Source: Schmidtea polychroa (taxonomy: Eukaryota). Taken from it: a stretch of DNA of 64,000 nucleotides. Positions 36,997 through 49,715 of this stretch are shown here, piece by piece. A program made the position numbers and the translations under genes. The stretch is taken from the NCBI GenBank assembly GCA_044892525.1, contig CM097885.1, positions 52,950,001 through 53,014,000 on the forward strand. The letters run 5' to 3'. A model generated the notes under the pieces. It did no database searches. It was not told the DNA's origin and saw nothing but the letters and a program-made list of their open reading frames with translations. Each line of letters begins with the position of its first letter. The first letter of the stretch is position 1.

Positions 36997-38220
36997 TTAT
37001 ACCAACACAGTTCTATTTGCAGTAATTTGAACTTCATTTTCAAATACTCCATATATTATAACATGTACTGGTTCAGTAATAGCTTTTGCAAACTTTATAT
37101 CCAGTCGTAAATTTCCATTTTGAGGTAATTGACTCTGATTTAAATCAAAATCAGGGGCTAAAACAAATGTAAAAAATGGGTATTTGCTTTTAAATTCTTC
37201 TAGAGTTATTCCACAATTCAAATTTTTATCTAAATAACCCAGATTTCTAACAATACTCTGCATATATGTCGCACAGTAATTGTCATTTTCGACATCTTGA
37301 ATATATGTTTCTCTATAATCAGTATTTTTCGACAAAGTCAATGATGTAACACCAAAGTTTTTGAAAATTGAGCTGGACGCAGTATATGATCCATTATATT
37401 GTGTTTCACTTTGAAATGTTATCAGAATAAAATTAGGCATTCTTCTGTCACCAAATATTTGTTCTTTATAGAATGATGAAGCACCTTTAGCAATAGCGAA
37501 TTGTACAATTTCCTTTGTTTTTAATGGATAAATTGCATGTTTTGAATTAAGACCTAATTGATGACCAGCTAATACTGAGGGGTCTACTCGAACTCTTCTC
37601 ACCAATAATTTTGCATCAACTAATTGACATATTGGTGCACCATTTGCACTAGTAAGAGATAATGCAGAATCAGACCTTTTCAGTCTAATGTGTACATTAA
37701 CTCCCGGTAGTAAATATTTCGGTTGATCCATAAAATCGAGTTGTAATGATGAGCACATGGTGAAAGCCTTTGAGCCTTTAACCCACTTTTTTCTTTCATC
37801 ATCTGCTGCTGCATAACCCATAGGAGTAAGGCATGTATTTTTAGTATCGGAATTGTAATTTAAAATAGTTTCTATTAATGCCTTGTGAATGAATGTATTA
37901 TTTCCGCCCTCAATCTTGATATTATTAAATCCCAACACTGCATCTTTAAACAGAGTATGAAACAGGAAATTGTTCGGTATTACATCTGCATTGGCATCCA
38001 AAACTTTTCTATCTTTATCTACAACCTTGATCTGAACAGTCAATAAAGTATCGTTCAAATCTAAATATTCAGTTTGCGAACCATTAATATAAAACTCGAT
38101 ATCATTTCTACTATCGGTAATTGAATTCATAGGAAAAACTTCCTCAAATGCCCCAAATTCTATTACAGCCTGGGGCGATGGTCTATCAAATATACATAAT
38201 TCAGATTTACCACAAATCAT
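36997..38220 (-). CDS. Pol-B major capsid protein
   Basis: Intact 407 aa; SELCIFDRPSPQ, YLDLNDTLL, HTLFKD, QPKYLLPGV, GNLRLDIKFA Polinton MCP motifs. Confidence 0.92.
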   Translation of the reverse strand: MICGKSELCIFDRPSPQAVIEFGAFEEVFPMNSITDSRNDIEFYINGSQTEYLDLNDTLLTVQIKVVDKDRKVLDANADVIPNNFLFHTLFKDAVLGFNNIKIEGGNNTFIHKALIETILNYNSDTKNTCLTPMGYAAADDERKKWVKGSKAFTMCSSLQLDFMDQPKYLLPGVNVHIRLKRSDSALSLTSANGAPICQLVDAKLLVRRVRVDPSVLAGHQLGLNSKHAIYPLKTKEIVQFAIAKGASSFYKEQIFGDRRMPNFILITFQSETQYNGSYTASSSIFKNFGVTSLTLSKNTDYRETYIQDVENDNYCATYMQSIVRNLGYLDKNLNCGITLEEFKSKYPFFTFVLAPDFDLNQSQLPQNGNLRLDIKFAKAITEPVHVIIYGVFENEVQITANRTVLV

Positions 38221-38585
38221 TTTGCAAATATAGTTCCATGTCCTTTCATTCGTTTGTTTATACGTGATATTCCATGTCTTTTACGTTTTGGAGCATGAGC
38301 TGGAGCTGGAGGTTTTTCTTTTTGAAACATACCTGCAACCCCTGATAAAACTTTCCCTTATTCAGCTAAAGCATTTGTTTTTAGAGTTGGTAATATTTTC
38401 TGTTCATTCATAATAACGTCTTTTGCAGTTTTCATACCAAAACTACCAATACGTTTAAGAATAGGCAATGCAAATCTACCAATTGTTCTCAACCATCCCG
38501 ATCCGTACTGTTTACCAATAAAATATGGTAATTCGCCACCAGATTGGCTACCACTATACATACTAATAATATCAGAATTTGCCAT
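38217..38585 (-). pseudogene. Pol-B core/cement precursor (in-frame stop at 38358-38360)
   Basis: QSGG..QYGSG protease-site-like motifs, amphipathic RFALPILK and a basic tail. Confidence 0.7.
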
Positions 38586-39590
38586 CTACTTTACGAAAAT
38601 GTAATGTCAAATGAGTTTTTGAACCTTTTGGAAAGTTTATAAGTTTTCCACTATCATCACGAATATTTATTTCTATATTGTTTATACATGAACTTGCTAT
38701 TGGTAAATACATGGGATTATCGATATTTATATTGACAACTTCATCATGTTCATATTTACCAATCCATACCGATTTCGAAAGAGGAACACTGGAATCACCA
38801 ACAATTATGGGTTCGATAATGTTAGTATATATGAACATTTGTTGATGATGTTCTAGTATTCTTGGTTTGCGTATACCAGTCGATTTTTCTCGATATTTTT
38901 GCTTATCTAATCCAAGTGAATTTGCCAAATTTTTATCAAATGTAACTTCGCAAATATCATCATTCAAACTGAAGGTAAACATCAAATCTTTCACAATTTC
39001 CAAATTTTTAAATATGTGTGAACAATTGAACTTTAAATATTTAAGTAAATCATCAAGTTTATCAAAATATAATTCATCAGCAAAGGTAAATGATTCTTCA
39101 ACTTCATCATTATACGATACAGATATTTTGATTTCTTCTTTCACTATACTGTTTGCTTCAAATAGATTAAAACGTAATAAATACTCGGTCTCCGTAACAA
39201 TATTTTTCAACTTATTGCAACCCATTCGTTTGGCATCTTCAATAGTTTCGAATGTTATTGTAAATGGTTTAAAATCACAACTGATATTTAATCCATCCTT
39301 GTAAAACATATAGCAATGCGAATCTAATATTTGATTCGGAATATGATATGTTTTATCATAATTACTGATAACAAAGATACCACTACATGTTTTCACAATA
39401 TTCCTTTTGAAATCAATCTTACATTGACTATAAAATGGGAATGTGTTGTACACGAATGTAAAATCTTGCAGTGCAACTTCCCAGTCCCCATTTAAAGAAA
39501 TCGGATTCTGGAGATTGACCATGAATTTACTGGCTTGATTGTCTGGATGAATTAATGGGAAACTATTGCTCGGCAAAATAGTATAAAAAT

Positions 39591-39594
<4 letters not shown>
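38572..39594 (-). CDS. Pol-B minor capsid protein (penton)
   Basis: FYTILPSNS, WEVAL, FIYTNIIEPIIVGD, IEINIRDDSG, LTLHFRK. Confidence 0.9.
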
Positions 39595-40733
<1,139 letters not shown>

Positions 40734-40794
40734 TACAGCAAGAAGATTTAAAATTAAATTTAATGTCGGGCAATGAAGGATTAGCACCCATTGT

Positions 40795-41325
40795 TTATGA
40801 TTGATTTCCTACAACTCCACCTAATAATGATAATGCCAGAGGTATCAATGCACCAATAAATCCACCTTGTTGTTTATATATAATTTTTCTCATTTGCTTA
40901 CGATTTTTATTATTTACTAATGATAACAAAGGTTTCCTATGTTTGCTCAATAAATGCTTTTTTGATTTACTGATTTTAATTTTGCCTTTGACTACTTTAA
41001 GTATAATATTGAGTAAATCATCGACAACAAAATTTGGGAATGATTGCAATATATTCATTCTTTTCATACTCGGGGCCTTTAACAATGCATTAAAAAATGG
41101 AAAACTGCGATGATTTTTAACTACTTTTTTACTGATTTTACGTTTACTGGTTTTACGTTTAGGTTTAGGATTTTTCGAAATAAGATTCATTGCAGAGAAA
41201 TTTTCAGTTACAAGTTTTTTAGATGGTGTATAACTAGTTGTTGGTGGAACTTTTGGAACTTTAATACTCTTTCTAATACTTTTTCTTAATTTCCTAATAT
41301 TTTTCACCCTTGCTTTTAGAAACAT
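40795..41325 (-). CDS. Pol-B basic core protein
   Basis: Very K/R-rich; ends KQQGGFIGALIPLALSLLGG, a protease site plus hydrophobic tail. Confidence 0.8.
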   Translation of the reverse strand: MFLKARVKNIRKLRKSIRKSIKVPKVPPTTSYTPSKKLVTENFSAMNLISKNPKPKRKTSKRKISKKVVKNHRSFPFFNALLKAPSMKRMNILQSFPNFVVDDLLNIILKVVKGKIKISKSKKHLLSKHRKPLLSLVNNKNRKQMRKIIYKQQGGFIGALIPLALSLLGGVVGNQS

Positions 41326-41343
41326 TATTATTCATAGAGGTTT

Positions 41344-41964
41344 TCAACTTTGTTTATAAACCATGGCACCTTTTGGGTTGAAAATATCTGTTTTTACTCG
41401 TAAATCATCGGGACATTGTTGTGTGAAATCAAGAAATATATATCCATGAGGTATTTTTGTAGCATCTTGAAATGCACTGATAAGAAAATTACGATTGTTA
41501 GTGTATGCTTGACGTGCAAGAAAATCAATCACTGTTGCATCTCTAGGATTCTTGAAAATAACTAAATATTGTACATTTAAATTACGTGTTCGATGTGCAC
41601 CACCTTGATGAAATAGATTTTGTGTTAGGAAAATTACTGTTACACCGACATGTCTGCTGATTTTAAATTATTAAAATCTTTTTCTTTATTAGCTTCTTGA
41701 TACAAATCATCGATAATAATGGTATCACCTTTCTTTAATCGACTGGACCAGTTTTTATCAAATCCTTTTACTATTTTCATGTTTTTTAATTTACAGAAAC
41801 TTGATTGCGTCAATCCATGTTCTTCATCAGCACCCCTATGCCAATAAATCCTGTTGAATTTTGATTTGAATAAATTTGATTTTTAATAATTTACAAACAA
41901 ATAATGTTTTTCCACTACCACTCGGACCAACGATTTGGTATACTGCATCATTTCTTAATTCCAT
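41344..41964 (-). pseudogene. Pol-B packaging ATPase (frameshifted)
   Basis: IVGPSGSGKT, IIIDDL, TQNLF, FKNPRD; colinear with the intact Pol-D ATPase. Confidence 0.9.
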
Positions 41965-42067
41965 TTCAAAAATTTTATAAATATATGTGTATTTGTTTAT
42001 ATTCGATGATTTAATGAACTCGTGCTCAATTTGTATATAAAGACAAATTTTCATAAATAATTTATTA

Positions 42068-42505
42068 ATGTTAGCAAATATAAATTATCGAGGAAATTTC
42101 TATGTATCGAATATGAGGTTCCCACCAGGAAAACCCCAGCAAATTATCGATAGAAGTGGGAAATACCCGATAATAATTTTCAAGATAGGCAAATGTAGAA
42201 TCATGGGATATAAGAAACCCTTGGATATTAATAAATTACAATATCGAATAAATAATATTAAAATCCAATCAATTACCGTTACTATGGATATGGGACATAG
42301 TATCAATCTATATAACATGTCGAAAAAATGTGATTGTATGTTTGAACCGGAATTGTTTCCTGCACTAAGACTATTAAAATATAACCCTATGTGTGTCAAC
42401 GTGTTTGCTAGTGGAAAGGTTGTCATGTTGGGGTTGAGAAATTTGGAGTATAGAGAATTTGTTGACAATGTTCGATATGAGATAATTTCATTGGTCGATT
42501 TCTAA
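42068..42505 (+). CDS. Pol-B TATA-binding-protein-like protein (intact, 145 aa)
   Basis: Two TBP-like repeats: IIIFKIGKCRIMG and KIQSITVT..INL..FEPELFPAL..VNVFASGKVVMLG. Confidence 0.85.
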   Translation: MLANINYRGNFYVSNMRFPPGKPQQIIDRSGKYPIIIFKIGKCRIMGYKKPLDINKLQYRINNIKIQSITVTMDMGHSINLYNMSKKCDCMFEPELFPALRLLKYNPMCVNVFASGKVVMLGLRNLEYREFVDNVRYEIISLVDF

Positions 42506-42577
42506 TTGGTTAATTTCTAATTGATTATTGATTGATTTAAACAAACGGTTTTTTGTTTAGAAATCATTTATTTCACT

Positions 42578-42991
42578 ATGTACAAAATTCCAAGCGCAGC
42601 AAATTTAATGAAAGATATTGACGACTACGGTAAATTTAAAATTTTTATTTTCACATTTTTTATATTTATTATTTTAGAAAAATATTTAGAAGTGATGTTG
42701 AATCGGATAAAATATTATTACCCGCAAATTACAGAAATAATCAAGGATATAGAACCTGAAATCATTCCGGATCTGATATTCTATGCCACTCAAATTCGAA
42801 TCATGGAAGTATTCCATCAATTCCTATGGGATCTGAAGATCAATAGGACCATGAAACAAATGGAGCCGGAATACCAATGCATCATCGGATGCTCATGCTG
42901 TGCCGATCGATATCGGCGATATGTTGAATGGGAGTTAGTTAAAACTCTGAGAAGGTTTCACTACTCCCGGATTGTAGATATAGGATATTAA
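42578..42991 (+). CDS. Pol-B hypothetical protein, probable intron 42630-42677
   Basis: An in-frame 48-nt T-rich GTAAAT...TTTTAG segment explains the F/I-rich stretch; homolog remnant in R0. Confidence 0.65.
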   Translation: MYKIPSAANLMKDIDDYGKFKIFIFTFFIFIILEKYLEVMLNRIKYYYPQITEIIKDIEPEIIPDLIFYATQIRIMEVFHQFLWDLKINRTMKQMEPEYQCIIGCSCCADRYRRYVEWELVKTLRRFHYSRIVDIGY

Positions 42992-43345
42992 TAAATGTAT
43001 TTTTTCTATCGTGTTTTTTTTTATATTTGAAATAGTAATAAATAGTAATAATAATAGTAATAATAATATAAATAGTAATAAATAGTAATATGAATAATAA
43101 TAATAATATGAATAGTAATAATATAAATAGTAATAATAATAATATGACACATTAATAATAATATGAGAACAGTAATAATATGTCACATTAATAATATGAA
43201 CATAAATGCAGCATTAATGCAAATGACATGCAACTTAAACAAAGACATGCAACCTAAACAAAGACATACTATAATCTGATTGGTTGATAGGCATGAGTCA
43301 AAGGTATAAAAGCCCTGTAACATTTCAATTTAATCATTATTCACG

Positions 43346-43756
43346 ATGACCAAGAAAATTTCATGCACCGAAAAACCTATAGAAATGGTACAACCAGTTC
43401 AAATGTTCCACAACTACAAAATGTATTTTTTGAAAGAAGAAATCAATATGAAATTAGTTGCACCAGTCAAGCTAATTCCAACTCAATTTCAATTCTTATC
43501 CGGCACGCTTTCAATGATAGATGTTAAAACTATTGATGATGTTTTTAAACGGATAGATTCGAATCTATCATGTAATCAACATGCCTGGTTCAACAACAGA
43601 TATGCAAGATTTTATGATGCTTTTGATGAAATCGGTTTCAAAGAAAATGAAAATTGGTATATAACAATTGCAATCCAGGGATATAAAGTTGATAATAATG
43701 ATGTATATTCTCCTATTTGGAAAATTATGTCTGCTAGACTATCACAAATATTTTAA
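43346..43756 (+). CDS. Pol-B hypothetical protein, possible OB-fold ssDNA-binding protein
   Basis: Intact ORF after CCAAT and TATA boxes, followed by AATAAA; homolog in Pol-C. Confidence 0.7.
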   Translation: MTKKISCTEKPIEMVQPVQMFHNYKMYFLKEEINMKLVAPVKLIPTQFQFLSGTLSMIDVKTIDDVFKRIDSNLSCNQHAWFNNRYARFYDAFDEIGFKENENWYITIAIQGYKVDNNDVYSPIWKIMSARLSQIF

Positions 43757-43886
43757 TGTTATATTTAATAAATGTATTAGTCATATTTGTTTTTTTTTCT
43801 GTTTATTAATTGCAACATAAATGCAAATGACATGCAAATTTAACAAAGAAAATCTATAAACAAACTTAAAATATAGCTTTAAAGTG

Positions 43887-44254
43887 ATGAAAATGACTGC
43901 AGAAAAAGGTTAACATGATTAATTAAATACCGAATTATTTATTATTTAGAATTATTAATCAACTTTTTGTTGGAAAAATTAGCAGAAATAGCTGGTGTAA
44001 AAATTGAGGACATATTATCTATTACAAATGCATTAAATATCCGCTGGGTAGTTGAGAGTCAAGATTCAGGATTTGATGATCAGGAAGAAACTCAAGAAAC
44101 CGATACTCAAGAAATTGATGAGGAAATCTATGAACCTATAGATGAACCTATAGAGAAACCTAAAGATAATATTACGAATGATTGTATTGATCATGTCGTT
44201 GAAAATATAATGAAGTGTGGAGATGACGACTGCGAATGTGTTAATAAATTTTAG
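43887..44254 (+). CDS. Pol-B small acidic protein, 2 exons
   Basis: ATG 43887; intron 43909-43949 joins in frame to ORF 43967-44254; DSGFDD motif and C-terminal cysteines. Confidence 0.65.
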
Positions 44255-44380
44255 TTAATTATTGTTTGTAAATTTATTTAAAATAACTATATTAATTTTT
44301 ATTTAAAAATCAAAATAACTAGGTTAATTTTTTATTTAAAAATCTATTTAAAAAACAAAATAACTACATTAATTTTTATT

Positions 44381-44889
44381 TTAAAATCGAGATATAACAT
44401 ACAAAATAGCAACACCTGTTGCAAGTTTTACATAGTTTTTAAACTTCATTTTGTGCTTGTCAATTTCTTTTGCATTTCGGGCGAGTTGATTCAATACACC
44501 CCATCCGCCATTGGCTTCAATCCATGGTGTAAACTTGGACTTGATTATCTAGAAAATAAATATTAATAAAATATAGATTATAAAAGTATTACTTCTTGAG
44601 ACCACTGATAATAATGCTCGGAGTCCCATAAACTTTTTTCTATGATGATTTTCATATAAGCAAACCCTACTATTATTCGGGTCCACTTCATCTCGTCATC
44701 ACATAGACAATTAAATATCCGGTGAAAATAAAACTTTTTTGTTTCTAGGCAATCTGACTTGAGCATATCTTCGTAATCGATGTGATTCCCTACGATAATT
44801 TTTTCTGTCCGATCGACCAAGTAACTGAGGCTTTCCAATATGTTTTTGTTGATAACTTCGCTTAAAAGATTTTCCATAAAATGAGACAT
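44381..44889 (-). CDS. Pol-B Bcl-2 family protein, spliced
   Basis: Exon 44593-44889 has BH1-like LCDDEMKWTRIIVGFAY. After intron 44549-44592, exon 44381-44548 has BH2 WIEANGGW and a hydrophobic tail anchor LATGVAILYVISRF. Confidence 0.85.
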
Positions 44890-45093
44890 TTCTAAAATAA
44901 CTTAAAATATAATGTTTTATTTATACTAATACCGTATGATTTTGATTGGTTGATAGACTATAAATGTAAAAGAAAAGTTTTGATTTGATACACCATGAAA
45001 ACTATATTCATATTGCTAATTAATATCACACAATACTATAAATTTTATAATATTCGACTATGTTTTTAGTTAACCATGATTTGTGATTGAAAT

Positions 45094-45179
<86 letters not shown>

Positions 45180-45186
45180 AATAATG

Positions 45187-45237
<51 letters not shown>

Positions 45238-45336
45238 GTAATAATACCATTGCGAGTTGTTGAGCGTGAGCAGTACCCTTGTGACCATTACCCATAGGGG
45301 ACAGAATATTTTGTCGGATAGACTCGGAGTATATAG

Positions 45337-46163
<827 letters not shown>

Positions 46164-47249
46164 ATTAATCTAATTACTAGAAAAATAATGTCTAATATTC
46201 ACAGCAGTTTAATTTAATTAATAGATATTTTCTCTAGATATTTGCCATTAATCTCGTCGAATTCCACCAGTCGTAATTTAAATCCAGCTTCATAAGAATT
46301 CCGACTTCGTTTCATTTTTGCACTACTCTGCACTAGCTTGTTCAGTTTTAGATAAAATAAATTTGATTGGAAATAATATGTTGTCAAGTGTATTATTTGT
46401 CCGTTAATGATGCTTGAAAATATATTTGAATAAACTACAATTTTATTATGAATTTTAATTTATTTTATTGATTATTTAATAACATAATTACTGAATAAAT
46501 AAAAAGTTAACATTATAAATTATAACCAATTTAAAAATTTCGTTAAAAATTAATTTTTAATTTTTTTGACCCACGTATAAGTCGAAGTGGCAATTTTGAA
46601 TTGAAAAATTATCTTTACATATTGTGTCATGCCCTTTACCCTAATTCCCAAACTCCCAAAGCCCCTTATATTTTCAGTTAAATTAAAACTTCTTAAAAAT
46701 CATAACACAATAATATCCACTAATGTCATTGTTAGCTATAATTCTCATCAATTCCCATGGTGAATTATCCAGCATCATCCTATGAATGGGGGTCACGCAA
46801 ATTGGTCGCATTCTTGATGACATTTCCCGTAGTGAATTATCCAGCATCAATCTGTGAATGGGAAGGGTCACGCGAATTGGGTCGCATTCTTGATGACATT
46901 TCCAGCAAATTGCTTTGTTTTCCCTTAGATGTTATAAAATCTTTTTTGCTATAATTTAGTTTGGGAGTTACAATAAAAGTCAAGGGAAAAGAATGAAAAT
47001 TTAATGAAATTTTATACTTGAATTATATTAAAATATTAAATTTAATTATTATTTTCAAATGATTTATTTCAATAAAACTTAATGAAATAAAATAATTTAT
47101 CACTCTTAAGGAACATTTATATAGAAGTCGTGATATATGGGTCCCCTAAAGATTGACCTGTATTAAAGCAGTGAAATTACAAATAAAAATTTTACAGTCT
47201 CAGTAAATATAAATTTAGAAAATTACATAAAATATATTCGGTGACATAG

Positions 47250-48400
47250 GAGTGGAGGAGAAATATTGAAAAAATGAAAGGGGAACAGAAGAAAATCAAT
47301 AAAAACAGACAATTGAAAAAAGCTCATTTTTAATTAACAAGTACAAGAACTATAGAAGCAAAAACAATGAGCAAAACAAAATTTTAATTATCTTGTTATC
47401 TAGATGGACTATTTGAAAAAAATGACATAGTTAATCATCAAAAAATTATATATCTCGACTGCTGTCAGAGATTACGGAGTACTCAATGAAAGAGGTGAAA
47501 AAAAGAATGAATAATGAATAAGTATCATCAGATGGCAAGGTATTAATCATGAATACACATTAGTTGAGACGAGAAAAATTGAAGACGAAAAGAGAGAAAA
47601 TTTGCTAGAGGGAAATTTGTGAGAAATTTGAATTTACGAGATTTAAAATAAATTGTTAAGAACCAGGAAGCAGTTGGAATAAACCTGCGTATTTAATTAA
47701 TAAACCAGAAGTAGTCGAGATGCTCAAATCAAGTTAAAGGCAATCAGATCAATTTCGCAAATCTCTCGTAACTGGCAGTAGTCAATGGTTGTGTTCTCAG
47801 AGTATTTCCATTATTGTGCTATTCCTCCTGAAGGGTTGTAATAAACATCTTAAACATTTGGTGTGTATTGAAAAGTGGTATCGTTGAATTCGTTGTAATC
47901 AATTGTGATAATCCATAAAGTTTAACAATCCCTGACCAACTACAATACACCCAACAATTTCATCATAATTAAACTCTACATAACTCCCCTCCATGATAGT
48001 GCGACGGTTCGATTGTTGCACGAAGTCGATTGGCAGCAACAACTTTATCTATTGTCAATTGACATTTTGAAAGTTTACAAATTAGCTGACCTGTTTAGTA
48101 CTGTGAATAAGAAAGATCTAGTCCTTTGGTTGTTGGTCTTTGTAACCAGACGTTATTACAATTTCATTCACCCATGTTCTGTTTGCATCGTTGGCATGGG
48201 GTGTGAGTAAATTTTCGGTGGCTTTTTTTCTACTTTGCTGTTGATATGCAGTTACTCTCCGGTGATCAATACCCATGTACCTTCGAAAGTTATTAAATGC
48301 TTCGCCCCATGATGTTGAGCTGTCAATAATTGAAAGAATAAATCTTTTGTTTTTCACAGAAGGTAATAGGCCTACTAAGTCTATCTATATGGTTTTAAAC
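47250..48400. mobile_element. Degraded LTR-retrotransposon debris (rve fragment on minus strand)
   Basis: RFILSIIDSSTSWGEAF and GIDHRRVTAYQQQS resemble rve motifs; 47440-47475 matches 1238-1268 in inverted orientation. Confidence 0.45.
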
Positions 48401-48908
48401 CTACCCATATTGTAAAAAATGGTGAAAAATGGTATGTCGCTCTGTCTTGCACAACCTTTTCATAATTTTTTATCCTTGATTAAACTCTTCAGGTTGTATT
48501 TGATCACTGTGTCAAACGAAACTATATAAAGCAAGGCTAATAAATGTCTCGAAAAGAAGGTATAGGGTCTTTTTTCTTCTAAAGGAAACCTATTTTATCT
48601 GCATTAAAAATCTGTTCAGGCGAATAAGGTTAGCATTTTTCACGAAGGCGTTTAGCTGGACCTGCACCTCAACGTACATCCATTTCTTTAAAAGGTTTTT
48701 TAAATCTTAAAGACCTTTAATATTGCACTTTCATCTAAAAAGTAAAATTTCATGCATTCATGAGGATAGAATGGAATCTCATAGTCTAGGAGAATTTGAG
48801 TATATTTGCTGCTGGGGTTATGCAAATATTTTGCACTCACATTATTTGTTCGTCACCTATTTGCTAATATTTTATATAAATAAATGCAAGATAAACAGAA
48901 TTTTATTC

Positions 48909-49715
48909 ATGATGATTGGGAAGTTGCTCATAACATTAGCATTTGTTGTTTGGACTAAGAATGGTGAATTTACAAATACGAAATGTGGAATAAAGGCTTT
49001 CAACAAGTATCTGAAATATTTTGTCATGGTCAATGATGAGTGTTACATTCCAACGGCAATATCTGCTAAATCAACCATCGTAACGAGAGGACATATTTAT
49101 AAGAGAATGAGCAACATATTTACCGTATTTAGAATTATCAATGGGAGCGGTGTTTATCCTTTTGAATATTTCTCACAAATTGCAAATTCGTCCCTGCATG
49201 GAGTGAAGGACAACCAAAATAACTACGCAAAGAACTACAGAAGCATTCTTTTAGATGAATGGGATACGTTGCAACCAAGCAATATGAATGTCACTATTAG
49301 AGATTTTAATGATGTGGTTGTTGCTTGGCTGGACTTTACGGTATATATCCATGACAATATCACCTCTTGGTTCAATGTTGGCAACCTAATGGATTCCTTT
49401 CCTTGGAAGAGAGAAATTTTGAAAACCATTAGTTTTAGTTATTTTAGTATAGCAGGGGATCCAAATAAAGCTGTTTCGTTTTATATATTTGTAAATGATG
49501 GTATTTGCTTGTTTGACGTTGGCGTTCTTCAGGTGTATTTTGAGTCTGATACGTGTAACGGTCAGAGGAGTTTGCTTACTGAACCAGAGGGTTTTCCTCA
49601 GATAATGTTTGCAGTCTTGGATGGCAGACCGGCAAATTTGAGAAAATATATTCAGAAAGCAAAGAAACTAGAAATAATTGCAAGGTATCCGTCTAATGTT
49701 ATCATTTACGCATGA
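48909..49715 (+). CDS. Intronless putative secreted protein, uncharacterised invertebrate-type domain
   Basis: Signal-peptide-like MMIGKLLITLAFVVW, 268 aa, AATAAA downstream; motif pattern SWF..L..FPW..FSIAG..FYI..C..DVG. Confidence 0.65.
   Translation: MMIGKLLITLAFVVWTKNGEFTNTKCGIKAFNKYLKYFVMVNDECYIPTAISAKSTIVTRGHIYKRMSNIFTVFRIINGSGVYPFEYFSQIANSSLHGVKDNQNNYAKNYRSILLDEWDTLQPSNMNVTIRDFNDVVVAWLDFTVYIHDNITSWFNVGNLMDSFPWKREILKTISFSYFSIAGDPNKAVSFYIFVNDGICLFDVGVLQVYFESDTCNGQRSLLTEPEGFPQIMFAVLDGRPANLRKYIQKAKKLEIIARYPSNVIIYA

Noticed and set aside
46755..46905. Two ~75-bp direct repeats with short ORFs
   Set aside because: Only a local tandem duplication; no recognisable coding or terminal signature.
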